From the NCBI RefSeq assembly GCF_009914755.1, contig NC_060928.1: DNA of 64,000 bases; one strand, 5' to 3'. Under the pieces are notes generated by a model. The model saw only the letters and a list, made by a program, of their open reading frames with translations. It made no database searches and was not told the origin of the DNA. The translations under genes were made by a program, and so were the position numbers. Of the stretch, positions 27,677-45,494 are shown piece by piece. The first letter of the stretch is position 1; every line of letters starts with the position of its first letter. The stretch is from the human T2T-CHM13v2.0 reference genome, Homo sapiens.

Positions 27677-30600
27677 TATTAGTACTTATTATATGCCAAA
27701 CTCTGTGCAAATTGTCTTTGGCACTATTCTCTTAGGTAGACAGTGCCACTTTTCCTCCAGATCCAAAGCAGACTCTCCCACCTCCCCAGTCCTCTCAGCC
27801 ACCTTGGGAATTCTTTCCTCTAAGTTACATATGACACCTCCCTAAAGCACACCTCCCACTACACATGCCAACTGAAAGCTTCTATAGGGTAACAATGATC
27901 TATTTTTTACCTTTGTATGCCCCACACCATTGACTGCACTAGCCTGTGTGCATTAAAACATAGATAAATATCCCCCATGTAGTTACTAATACCAAGGAAA
28001 TAGGAAGACGTGCTGGATGGGGGGCTCTGGTGGGTGGCTGTCCTCCCCACAAAGCTGTTAGAGCAGAACAGGTGCTACCCGTACACCTCCAGAAAGGGCA
28101 TAGTCAACTGCAACACAGCATCCACAACCATCCTCCATCCCCAAGAGCCCAGGCTGGCCGTCACGTTCTCAGCTTCACTTCAGCATCTTCCAGCATCCTC
28201 AAACACGCTCTTCTTCCTTTATCAGGAATGCCATCAATCTTCATCACAGGAAGAGAAACAATACTCACCCTCCACAAACCTATGCCCAAGTGCAGCATTT
28301 TACCTATAAACCAGAGCAAGGTACATTTCTGGAGCCCTGTACTATTCTTTTAGGTGGACAGTGAATAAGCTGAGAGAGAGTTAATATCAACCCATGCAAC
28401 TGTACAGGAAGGATTCATGGTTCTGTTTTTTAAAAAGAGAGAGAGAGCTGAGTAAATGAGTGTTTAACCAAAGGACAGGGCTCTGCTTTCTATTAAGTTT
28501 GACTATTTTTTAACCATTTCTTTGAAATAACATTGTTATTATTTTTCCCACTAAAATTGTAAGATAACAAGGCAGACAAGAAAATTGCGTTACAAGAATG
28601 CACTTCAGCATTAAGGCTTTCACACACAGCTATCACTTCCCATTACCAATCCTGCTTTTCAAGAGTTTCTCTAATCCCAGCTGTCTTATGCAGCATTAGG
28701 ACAGTTGGGCTTAGCTATGGAAGGCGAAAGCTCCTGACTCCTTTATTCAAGCCAGATCTTCATAAACAATGTGAAAGAGACAAAAGACAGCAAATAATTT
28801 GGTCCCAATTACTATATGAAAATTTATGTGAAATTTTTCACACATTCATATTAGATGCTGAATAGATTTTTTAAAACCCTATATACCCAAAATAATGTTT
28901 AAATTATCCTCTAAAAGAATGAACGTATCATATATATGACTATAATAGTAACTGTTTTGTGATATTTTAACAGTACTCAACAGCTTTCTCTTCTTATTAG
29001 TGATTCTCTCCATGTTTTCATCTAGGAGAAAACCTTCCATACTCATTAGTGGAGAGAAAATAGATATGTTAGTTGAAACCAAAATTTCCATTATCTTCTT
29101 TAAGCAAAATAAACTCTTGCACACCAACATTATAAACATGAACACATTTATATGTATGTTTCACACACAAAGTCTCTGAGAAACTATTTTAGGATGTGGC
29201 CACCCACCATATCAGGTCAGTGCAGATGGGGGCAGATGATGTGGACTGCACAGTTGAGTCCATCTGACCCCAACAAAACAGTTCATAGAAACATCATCTG
29301 ACTCTGACTGCTCTATCCCAGCGAGGCAAGTTGTCCAGCTGACCTTTTTTACTCTTATACACACTGTGGAAAGATGAGGGTAAAATTACTCTTGGCTCAG
29401 ACTTCCAGGGCAGGCAGGAAGCCCCATCTACACCAGCTTCAATCTTCCTTCACAGGGAGGTGGGTGATAGTGGAACAAGCCGACCTGGAAAAGGTTTCCC
29501 AGAGAGAAGTCAGCAAGAGAAGAGCAGACACCAGAATACCAAGATGATGGCCTTGAAGTCCAAGATGAGGAACAGGGGAGAACAAACAATTAAAAGGAAA
29601 CTAGGGAGGGTGTCTAATGCATTCATAAAGAGAGTTATTTATTTGATTTTAAAGCCAAACCACAGAATGTTTAATAATTTAGCATGAAAGCCTGTTTTTT
29701 TATTCAAAAATGAGAAACCTGCCACTGAGACTATTTATAATGTCAGCCAATTGGAGACCCGTACAGGAAGAAGACAGTTTCCTCTTTGCTGCCTGGGTAG
29801 GGGCTACAAAGGACAAGGCTGACAGAGTCTGATTCCTATAGTCTTTTCCCTCTCTAATTTCTGTGGAAAACAAAAGATTCTGGCTAGATCTCCACTTTCT
29901 CCTCTCTACTGCCTCTTCTCAAACCACTCCTGTTTTGGTCAAAGTTAATAACTCCAATCTGAAAGCACAGGCTGACCATTAGAAACCCCAGAGTCAATAT
30001 AAAGGGGAAAAAAAAATTAACGGGAACAATCTGTTGGCACTGAGAGGCCCACCATGCACTGATATAAAAACTAGTACTCATTTGGGGGAATCCCTCCTTA
30101 TTTGGCTTTCATTTTCTAGGATTTGTGCAGAATAAATGACCAAAAGATCTTTGAATAACAAATAATAAGAAATAAGTAAATTACAGAAGTGAAAAAGCCA
30201 TTCTGAACACACAGCAAAATACCAATTGAGGACCGGTGGCTTGGCTGGAAACCAAGCTTAAAGGGAAAAATCTGATCCACCTCAGAACTCCCTCACTTCT
30301 ATTAATAATATGTTTTACCAACCCAGCTGTATCACTACTAGATGCAAAAATGTATAATTAGAGTCAGGAAAGGTAAAAAATCACCTTAAGGAAACTCTAT
30401 GCCTCAGCACTTTCTAAACGCCCCTGTCTTCTAGGCAACTCTGCTCTTGTCTCCTTGTTCTTTTATCTCAATCTTGACGGCTAATCCCTCTGCAGGGTAT
30501 TAATTACTCTGTCACAATTACGTTATTCCACAAACAAGAAAAACATAATACAATGAAATCCAAAACGGATTAACTTTTTATTGATTGTATTAACAACCTA

Positions 30601-30833
30601 ATATTCTGTGATTGCACCATTAGTACACATTTTGCTGCACATTAAAAAGAAAAGGGTAATTTCTTCCCTTTGTCTCTGATCAGCTTAACTGATTTTTTTA
30701 AAAAAACACCAGAAATATTTCAAAGTAACCTGCGCAGCCAGTAATTTGCTTATAGATGTAATTTTTGTCTAAGAGACCCTCTGCATGAAATCAAATTTCA
30801 TTAGACTGACTAGAAGTTGAAGTCACTTAGGGG

Positions 30834-31279
30834 TATACAGTAAATGCACCTGATAGCAGTAACTTAAGCGTACTCTTAAGAATGATTCTGTATGGCAGAT
30901 GCCCCCGAATGTGTTCAGAGTTCTGAGCTAGGGATCTGGAAGTGGCCACCCCAGAGATCTGTTCCTTGTCTATGAGGAACATCTGAGCTCCCGGCCCATC
31001 TCTTGTGGGACATGGGCTGTAGGGAAATGGAGGCCCCGAGTTTTGGCATGAATGAAGGTTGCCAGGTGGAATCGTTAAACAGAGTACTAAGTGAAAATGC
31101 AATATAAACTGCATACCTTTTGCAAGTGATTGCGGTTCTCTTGTCCAGCGCATAGCCGCTGGGCCCTCTCCCCTGTATGTAAGCCCCCGACGCAACCGCA
31201 TGTTGCGTTTGCTGGCTCTGGGTCACTTCTTCAGCCTCCTGAACCTGGTGCCATCCCCACTGGAGCTGACGGCACAACA
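30834..31279 (+). mobile_element. Solo LTR (LTR47-like)
   Basis: About 445 bp with a TATATAAA-like box (AATATAAACTGC) and CA terminus; phrases such as AATGCACCTGA..AACTTAAGC and TATGAGGAACATCTGAG match my recollection of LTR47. Confidence 0.7.
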
Positions 31280-32232
31280 GGGACCCAGAGGACAGCAGCT
31301 CAGACGCTGACCAGGATGCTGAGCCTTAACCACTCAAACTGAGGTTCTGTCTAGGATTAAGTTCACACAAAACGCCAAGGAAAAGAAACGCCCATGACAT
31401 GTGCACTAATAAAGAAAATGACATAGAAAATCACGCAAAGAGATTTGCTTTCCGTTTTGACAGTCAAAACAGGCATTTGCCACACGTTGACTTGCCACAG
31501 ATGTGAGCACAAATCTCATCTCCAAAAAGCTCACTGTGATCTAAACACTAGACTTCAAGTCACAAATCTCGTGGCAAATAAGTCTGCAGAACAATTGTTT
31601 GAGGAGTTCAAGCTGCTTGAAAAATGAAGTCCAAGATATCTTTCTAACAGCTTATTTTCCACATCACTGAAGTTCGGAGATGGATTCATACACTAAGTTC
31701 TTCCTCAATGCCTCCCCAGCACTGACCCCACTATATTGTAAACATGTGCCCCCCTCATTAAACTGCAAGCTCCCTGGAGGCAAGGATTATGTTGACTTTG
31801 TTCTATTAAGGCACTTATCACTGGAAAGAAGAAAAGTGAGCTTGGTACCCACAAAAGATGTCAAATAGCTGTTATGAGTTGTGAATTCCCTTTGTCAGAC
31901 AAAAAGCAAAACATATTCCTTGGTACCGTATAAAAGCACTGGAGGGAGGGAAGGCAGATATACTTACCATTAGAAAATAGAACGTTGTATTTATCCATAC
32001 ATCACTCACCTCCTACCCTCATCCCCTCAACCCAACTTCAACTTGTCAACTGAAATAACTTAAGGCAAAGTGGGTTGGAAGTCAAAACTGTGTATGTGAT
32101 TCCTCTATTTTCTACCTCATTTTATCAGTTTAGTCCGATATTTTCACTTTTATTCTTAAGAATCCAGAATAATTTTCCTTCATTTTGTCTCCCTTTTTTA
32201 GGCCCACTTATTTATTGATATAAAGCCTTTCA

Positions 32233-32438
32233 TTTTTTTAACTTTTAAAATGCAGGTTTGTTACACAGGTAAACTTGTGTCATGGAGGTCTGTTGTACAG
32301 ACTGTTTAATCACTCAGGTATTCAGCCTAGTACCCATTCGTTGTTTCTTAATCCCCTCCCTCCTCCCACCCTCCACCCTCCACCAGGCCCCAGGGTGTGA
32401 TTGTTCCCCTCTGTGTGTCCATGTGTTCTCAGCATTTA
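32233..32438 (-). mobile_element. 5'-truncated L1PA13-16-like 3' end
   Basis: TGCAGGTTTGTTAC...CCTCCCACCCTCCACCCTC...TGTCCATGTGTTCTCA; flanking AGCCTTTC repeat. Confidence 0.8.
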
Positions 32439-32589
32439 ATGCCCAGCCTTTCTTATATCAATAATCTCTAACAGGCAAAACAGAAATTCCATTTTGATGA
32501 TTAAAAGGAGGAAGAAAATTAACTTCATGGTCCTGACCCACGTTCAACTTGATAAGAGAGGAGAGAGCACTGTGTGAAGGCAAGAGCTG

Positions 32590-32810
32590 GTAAGCTCAGA
32601 CAACAGAAAGACCGGGACTAACTCCTGCTCATCACTTCACTACACGGCCTTGGCCATGCTGCTGATCTTCACAGCATCAGGTTCCTCATGGGTGATTTGG
32701 GAATAGCAACTGGACCAAGCCTCACAGGGTGAGAAAGAAGAATAAGTGAGAGAACGCATGTAAAGTGCCCAGGAGGAGACGTGGCTCCTGCACCTGTGAT
32801 TGCTATTATT
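32590..32810 (+). mobile_element. MIR fragment
   Basis: Degenerate MIR core and GCATGTAAAGTGCCCAG. Confidence 0.5.
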
Positions 32811-33070
32811 CATTGCTTCCCCACTCCCTCTTCCCATCTGACATCCACTACACAGTCAATGTAGGGTTTTGTGATTTTTCACACAAATACAGAGAATCTG
32901 GAACTTTGCCATGCTTGTCCCTGGCTCCCCCTCCCTCTCCCACTCCCACCTTCCAGTCTCAAATAACCCCCCATTCCAAAGGCCAGGGGACCCTACTATA
33001 TACCCTAATGCACCAGAGCTTGTTTTGAGGAAAATAAGAGGTGAGATTTTTACGGAGAGCTTCCAAATTA

Positions 33071-33196
33071 TTTTTTCAAAGAGATGCGGTCTTTCTTTGT
33101 TACCCAGGCTGGAGTCTAGCTCCTGGGCTCAAAGGATCCTCCTGCCTCTGCCTCCTGAGTAGCTGGGACTACAGGTGTGTGCCACCACACCTGGCC
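33071..33196 (-). mobile_element. Alu monomer (FLAM-like)
   Basis: Single J-type monomer. Confidence 0.75.
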
Positions 33197-34069
33197 TGAA
33201 ATACTCTTACTAAAATAAGGACACTTGAACTAATGCCATCTTATGGGAAAGTTATTCAATCATTCCCATTATATGCAAGCAGTGAAAATACTCATTTCTT
33301 TTTATTTTAAAATGTCCAGTTACTGAATAAGCATATATGCCTAAGTATTACTGAGGTCAGAGATTGCGTACAATACTCAACTCTGTTTCCCAAGCATGTT
33401 CACAGTCCATAGTTGAATGAGCAAACAAATACACTGTCAGTGCTTGAGTCAGCAGGTAAGAAAACATTTACAAATGAGGAATGAATACACAAAAGTATTT
33501 GCAAAGATATTACACACCATCTTCTACTTATATATGTAGACTTTCCAGTTCAAAGTCATGCCCAAAATCCTGTACTGTATTTGAAAAATCATTTCCTTGC
33601 TAAAAGTCTCTTTATAAAGACTCTGTGATTGCCTCAGGCTAACTTGTTCTTATCCCAAGTTTTTAAGAGGAAAAAGCCTAAAAGACATTTTATCTCTTCA
33701 TGCAATAGGCCTATCGCCACTGCAAAGCATGGTAAAAGGAACTTCAGAAAAGATGGAGTGACCAAGAGAATTGAATGTGTCTTGAATGAGAAGGCACAAT
33801 TTATCCTCAGAGTGCTCAAAGTTCCACATTCAATCTAATTCCTTCTATCCACAACAAATACCACTAAGAAGGGATTTAACATTTGAGGATACACTGTGTC
33901 CTCCTTCCACCGCTTCCCAAGTAAGCTGGCTGGTGGCTGGCTTAAAGAGAATAGCATTCTTCTCACAATTTCTTCACCCAGCTTTACCTCTGACAGAACT
34001 CAAAGCAAGTGACTTATCTGTGTCAGGACTAATGTTGAAAGAGCACTAGATCTGCAGTCAAAAAACCTA

Positions 34070-34703
34070 ATTTTTAAAAAGTTTTTTCAAAATTCTTATA
34101 CATTTAGGGGGTACAAGTGCATATTTTCTGGTGTGCATATATTGCATAGCAACAAACTCTAGGCTTGTAGTGTACCCATTACCCGAATGGTGAACACTGT
34201 AACAAACAAGCAATACTTCAACGTTCAGCCTCCCACCTTTGGTAGTCTCCAATGTCTATTATTCCACTCTCTCTCTTTTTTTTTTGAGGCAGTCTTGCTC
34301 TGTCACACAGACTGGAGTGCAGTGGCGCAATCTTGGCTTACTGCGACCTCTGCCTCCGGGGTTCAAACAATTCTCCTGCCTCAGCCTCCCAAGTAGCTAG
34401 GATTACAGGCATGCACCGCCACACCTGGCCATTTTTTGTATTTTCAGTAGAGATAGGTTTTCAGCATGTTGGCAAGGCTGGTCTCAAACTCCTGACCTCA
34501 AGTGATCCACCTGCCTCAGCCTCCCAAAGTGCTGAGATTAAAGGCGTGAGCCACTGCGCCCAGCCTATTATTCCACTCTCTATGTCCATGTGTATCCATT
34601 GTTTAGCTTCCACTTGTAAGTGGGAACATGTAGTATTTTACTTTCTGTTTCTGAGTTATTTCACTTAGGATAATAGCCTCCAGTTCCATCCATGATGCTG
34701 CAA
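34070..34703 (-). mobile_element. L1PB-like 3' end, interrupted by an Alu
   Basis: GGGGGTACAAGTGCA...TTTCACTTAGGATAATAGCCTCCAGTTCCATCCATG. Confidence 0.8.
34276..34565 (-). mobile_element. Alu (AluSx/Sz-like)
   Basis: Dimer with clean TSD TATTATTCCACTCTCT. Confidence 0.95.
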
Positions 34704-36563
34704 GATGTGTTAAGAAGCCTGTTTTCTAGTCTAGACTGCCCCAAACCAGATGGATGCCCTTGGCAATTTATTTCACCTCTCTGGGTGCCAATCTCCTCCA
34801 CTGTGAAATGAGACACTGTAGAAGATCAGTAAAGTTCCTTGTTCTCCCAGAACTTGCAGGCTACATATTCAGGTGGGAAGATGGGCTGAAATTTTGCTCT
34901 CTAGCTGCTAACTAAATCGTATTTTTAAATTCTGCTTCTCAGACTCTTGAAAAGTTGGCCTGAGAACATAAGACACCACCAAACAATCTGGAAGAACCAG
35001 TGCTATTACAACAAAGCAATGAGAGAGTCAAGATTCCTTAAATGTAGGTCTGGAATTCAATGTCAATTGATAGCTGATCCTTTTCATGCCAGTGCTGCCA
35101 AATGTACCAGGAAAGTTCTTTAAAAGCAGACTGAAGTTTTAAGAGTCCACACTATTATTTTCTTCTTAAGTCTAGGTAAAATCCCTTCCAATTAGTTTAA
35201 AAGTAGTATTTTGAAAATGTTACCAAAATAATACATGTTTCTCACTTTTTCTCCTTCCTCTCCTTTTTCTACTAACGACTGAAGACATTTTGGGACAATC
35301 TAACCTTTCCCCATTAACTGACTTGTCTGTGTGAAGAAACCAGACTGCAGATTTGCTGTTGGCCTTGTGTAATTTCTGAGCCAGGGCATGGTTTCCAAGG
35401 TAACAAGTTAAAAAAAAAGAAGGCACAAATAGGTCTAGCACATTTAATATGTAAATGAACTAGGTCACTAAGTATTTCACTAATAGGCAAGATGATAGAT
35501 TAAACCCTTCTATTCTTTTTCCTCCATTTACCCTAGGAGGAATTTATTTGGGGCTTTTACAGCAGACATAATGATTTTCCTTTGGCAATGCAGTTTCCAA
35601 AATACAAAACTCCAAAGAGAGTTTGTTACAGTTAATCAAGCGAAAAGCAGCTTCTGTTGAGGAATCTAAATGGAGAAAGGAGAGGGGGTCCTGAAGCACT
35701 GAATCTAATTCTAGACACTTGTTTTTGCAGTTCTCTTACAGATAACACACAATAGCGTGCACATGCACCCTTGCCAACTCTTCACACAGTGAGAGTTAGA
35801 GTTCCCATTCTCATATTCCCACCAAGCCAGCGGCATGCACAAGAAACTCACAGTTCTGAAGCTGGAGGAGTGACTTTGGCTTCCAAAGGGAAAAGGGGAG
35901 CCAAAGTGGTCGTGCCCTGTCCTGCCCCTTGGACAAAGGCAGGGAATTGAATGCACCGGCAGTTGGGAGGCAGGGTGGGGCAAAAGCCAAGGGTGAGGGC
36001 TGAGGGAGAGCAGCTTTTCCTTGGATGGACATCCTTCGATGGCCAGCATGCAGCGCAGCCATCACACATGCCAAGGGCTGCTTCCCAGCCTGCCTTCAGG
36101 AAAAGTGGAGGGCGCCAAAGAAGGGCATTCATAACAATGCAGTAACAAAAGCAGATAGATGCTCTGGGGGACATGGGCAGAGAAGAAGCAACAGCACTGT
36201 GTGTGCCAGTGATCCAATTAGAAAGCCCAGCTTCCACACGCAGGCTGAGGCTTCCACAGCTTAAACCCCGTGGTATCCAGACACCATGATTTCTAGAGTT
36301 CTTAGTTGCAGACAAAGCCCCACTGTGTTTTCCCGGGTGACCATGCTGCCAATTTGTCTCATACCTTCCAAAGAAGCCTAATTATTAGCTTCTTCCTCGG
36401 CTGTCTGGCTTTTTCTTAGCTCCATGAAGACTGAACATATATTTCCTCCTCTAAAGAAGGTAGGCAGGGTTGGGGAAGACAAGCAAGTCTGGAACAGAAA
36501 CTCCGCCCATCCATACCCCAGTGAAGCAAGGCACATCGCCATCTCCATAAACACCAAGGTGCT

Positions 36564-36903
<340 letters not shown>

Positions 36904-39244
36904 CTATCCAAGTTTTCAAATAACAGTTGGTCTCTTCAGCATTTCCCTGAAGGTGTTCACTACACTTCTTGCCCTGTCCTTTCACTTTGAGTTCCTAAAT
37001 GAAACCCGTCGTCGGCCATCCTCCCGCCCTGCACAGTCTATTCTGCAAACTAGATATTCTGTGTCACACTTTTCAGAGTCCTTTCATTTTCCTGTTTTGT
37101 AAAAGTGGTTGTGTCTCGGAAAGTTAAAACGAATTAACTTCATCATGGCCTGCAGGATGAAAGAGATAAAATGAAAAAGGATTAGGCTTTCAAGACATCA
37201 CTGAGAAGCCTTTTAAATGAGCCAAGTGTGCCGATGTCACATGAATGGGGTGGCCAGAAACAGAGACCGCAGAAGATCACAGAAATCTGTTTCCACCGTA
37301 TGTTTCGCTAAGTAAAGAAAGGACAGTGCTGGGTGTTAACTTCGGTTCAAAAAAAAAAAAAGTTAACAACATCCCTTTTCTGTTCCCAAGTCTATTACTT
37401 CTAAAAAAGATATTTTAACATTATCACTATTTTTTAAAGAATGTCTTTTCTCATCTTTTGCTTTGAATATATTTAATATAATTTATTCTCTCTTCCCATA
37501 GGTCCTTCATATTATTTCCACTCATTATTGTTGAAATCTTCCAGTTTTCTCATTATTCCCAATGCTTCAAAATAAAAGAGAAATTTAGTAAGATTAAATA
37601 ATGGAAAAAGGAAGCCAAAGAATATCCAGTTACGATGTTCAAAGAGATAAGCTGGCCCTGAGGCATATTTATCTGTCCTAAAAGAACTTCACCAAAGAGA
37701 AATTTAAGCTCTACAATAACTTGTGTGTGGCCTAGAAGACTTCAAATGTTGTTTCTCTAATGTGAATGTTGAAATAATGTCATTGAGTTTACATTTAATA
37801 ACATCTTACGTTTGCAGAGTGCTTTGTTTTTTAAGGTGTCTTCATTTATAACATATCATTTTATCCTTTTGATAAAAGGATAGATTAACAACCCTAGAAA
37901 GCTGGCTAGAAATTAAGCTATGATTACTGCATTCTATACATGAGAAAACTGAGGCCCAGCACAGGTTAAGGGCCTGGAAAGGGACACACAGCAGAAATGT
38001 GACAGTGTTGGAACCAGACTCCACACTCCTGATCCCTAATCCAGGGCTCCTGCTTCAACACCTTCCTCTTTGATGCTCTCTACATGTGAAGAAAGTTCAC
38101 CCTAGATTAGTACATGCTGGAAACAAGTGGAAACAAGACCTAGGTTATCCTTAATGCCAGACAGTTGTATTCTGCCACACTGTGAATTCCAGGATAGCAA
38201 GCACTGGTCAGCAAATTGGCGCAAACATATATTTGCATTATAATATTTCTTATGGGTCAATTAATCTCCTGGAACTAAGAACAATCCTGGTCTGGAAGCA
38301 TGACTGAGACCCAGATGTCAGTGCTTAACAGCTGCATTACTGGCCTGACTTAGAGAAGAGGCCGGAAATACTCCCAGAGTTGTTCACTTAAGGCCTGTGA
38401 TGATGGCCCTAGCAGACAAAGGAAAGGGAAGGAGGGCAATTACCAGAGAACTTAATTCCCTATAAACACCAATTGGAGTGACTGATGAGGGCATGAGGGG
38501 CACCTTTCTTTCCTCCTTAGCAGGATTCTTTACATTAGCTGGATAATTGCTTCTTTTCTCCAACTGCCTAGACCCACAACCCGGAACTGGCACGCCAGCT
38601 ACGCGCAGACTACCAGAATTAGGTTCAAAACAGAAACAGCAACAATGTAATTAAGCTTTTTACAAACATGATACCATGGCACAAAATTTTTCATTACCTT
38701 GTGTTAATGAAAACCATTTTCTCTGACCAACGCGTAAAATGTTGGAGCAAAATAAACTGAATCGTCTATCTGGTGTTGCAGTGTCAGTGCAGGCCTAGCA
38801 TGGGAATGTCTCTGTGGAAGGTGGTGGGGTTTTTCTCCCCTTTTTCTCTTTAAAGAATCTGCTGAGTTATTTCAATAGCACTTCTAGCTCTATTTACATA
38901 GTCACACTACCTCTCTCCTGTGCTGTAATTACAGGAAAGGTGCTACCAATGATCAGATTTACTTTCAGTATCCCATCCTACTGTACGAAATTCCAGTCAC
39001 ATCACTGCATATCACAAAGACATGCTGCAAAGGTACACAACACAGACCATGAAATGAAACGGCACTACCCCCACTTCAAAAGGTACCTTTAACAAAAACC
39101 ATCTGCTAAAGATGGTCCCAAACTCTTATCATCTGATTCTCATATTCAATTTATAAAATGAATAGGGTGCTGCTAGGCATACAATTTATGTGAAATAGGG
39201 ACCTGAGCCAGGAAGCTGCCCAATAAAGGAAGGAAATGAACTCA

Positions 39245-39780
<536 letters not shown>

Positions 39781-40047
39781 CTCACTAAGACCCCACAAGG
39801 GTGAAATGGCTCCTTTAGCCTAATTACCAGCATTAAGATAACCATCCATCCACACAGGAACCTGAGAAGGCAAGCAGGAACACACACTTTGGGTACCTGT
39901 AATCAGTAAACCTCAAAGACTGGTGTGTACATCAAGTAGGAAACCAACTTCCCTAACTCTTGGTTCCCAGTCATAGCCCAATAGAAATGAGCAACTTTGC
40001 CCTGCCATGCTTTTCCTTTTTTTTGTTTTTTTGTTTTTTTTTTTTAA

Positions 40048-41170
40048 TAAGTGAAAACTGCTTTTATTTACAGACATATTTTTTTTAGGTAGGAAGTTCT
40101 AAAGTGTCAACAAAATAACATACCAGAGCTAGTAAACACTTTCAATAAGTTGCAGAATATACCAGGCCAATACGCAAAATTCAATTATTTATATAAGTTG
40201 CAATGAACAATTAAAAACTAAAACATGAAAAACAATACCATTAATAACAGCACGCAAAAACCTGAAGTACTTAGGAATAAATTTAACAAAGTACATGCAA
40301 GAACTGTACACTAATACCTGTTTAGATAAATAAGACACTTAATAATACACTTTTAAATTCATTTTTTGTTAAGAATACTAAATACTATTTATTTGACAAT
40401 TATCTCCAAATTGATCTATAGTTATTTTGTTCAGTATGGTATCCATGAGCCACATGAGGCTACTAAACACTTGATATGTGGCTAGTCTGAATCTTAATTC
40501 AGACTAAGGTGACTAAGGTGTGCTGTAAGTGTAAAAACACACCAGATTTCAATGACTTAGTACAAAAAAAGAATAAAATATCATATCAATGTTTTTATAT
40601 TGATTACAGGTTGATGTTTTCATATATTGGGGTAAATAAAATAATTATTAACATTAATTTCATGGTTTTTTTTCTTTTTAATGTGTCTACCAGAAATATT
40701 TAAATTACATGTGCTTACATATTTTGACATGCATTACGTTCCCATTAGTCATCATTTATCTATAAGTTTAATGCAATTCCAATCAAAACTGCCACAGGGC
40801 TTTTGCTAAATCTTGACAAACTATAAAATTTATGTGAAAATGGTAAGAACCAAAAATAGCCAAAAGAATTTTTAAAAAGAACAATGTTGAAGGACTTATA
40901 CTCCCTTATTTAAAGATTTATTATAATGCTACAGTAATCAAGACAGTGTGGTATATGGCCAAGAGATCAATGGAACAGAATGGAGAATCCAGAAATTGAC
41001 CTACACACATATCCTCGATTTTTAACAAGATATGATAGTAATTCAATAAAGAAAAGATACACTTTTCAATAAATAGTGTTATAACAACTAGATAGCCACA
41101 TGGAGAACAAATGAACCATTACCTTTATCTCATGCCATACGGAAACGTTAATTTGAAAGAGTTCAGAGAA
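40048..41170 (+). mobile_element. Ancient L1M ORF2 (RT region) fragment
   Basis: Degenerate equivalents of KLSLFAD, YLGINLTK, FNAIPIK, ATVIKTVWY and DQWNR. Confidence 0.8.
40421..40757 (-). mobile_element. MER33 (hAT-Charlie MITE) nested in L1M
   Basis: GTGCTGTAAGTGTAAAA-ACACCAGATTTC...GACTTAGTA; flanked by ATCTATA(G/A), consistent with an 8-bp hAT TSD. Confidence 0.75.
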
Positions 41171-41171
41171 C

Positions 41172-41377
41172 TGTTAAACAAAGTGGAAGAGAAGCCATTG
41201 TTTAGGGCTGAGGCTGTGCTCTAGGCCCCAAAAGACCAGACAGAACCAGTATGGAATCGCTCCTGTTCGGTGCCACATAATGAAACTGAACTTCAAAATG
41301 AGCCAGTATTCAAAAAACCAGGAGATTCACAGCAACCAATCAGAAAGGGCCTGGTTTACCTAACTAAGGGATCTCTG
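41172..41377 (+). mobile_element. 5' half of an ERV1-class LTR (MER72-like)
   Basis: Starts TGTTAAACAAAG; contains CTAGGCCCCAAAAGACCAGAC, TGCCACATAAT and CAACCAATCAGAAAGGG; 3' half not found. Confidence 0.6.
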
Positions 41378-41413
41378 TTTTTTGTTTTTTTTTTTTTTTT
41401 TTATTATACTCTA

Positions 41414-45455
<4,042 letters not shown>

Positions 45456-45494
45456 TCATTAGTTGATGCAGTTTCTTCCTAGTCTCGATGGTCT

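Noticed and set aside
35711-36315. Cluster of overlapping ORFs up to 155 aa
   Set aside because: Same GC-content effect; no recognisable protein.
37335-37372. TGTTAACTT...AAGTTAACA inverted repeat around an A run
   Set aside because: Mostly the self-palindromic hexamer GTTAAC plus a poly-A; compatible with chance.
40011-40085. Poly-T next to TTTATT, suggesting a processed-pseudogene 3' end or orphan transduction on -
   Set aside because: The TTTATT is part of the L1M ORF2 KLSLFAD-coding segment on +, and there is no TSD; a plain T-rich tract is the simpler explanation.
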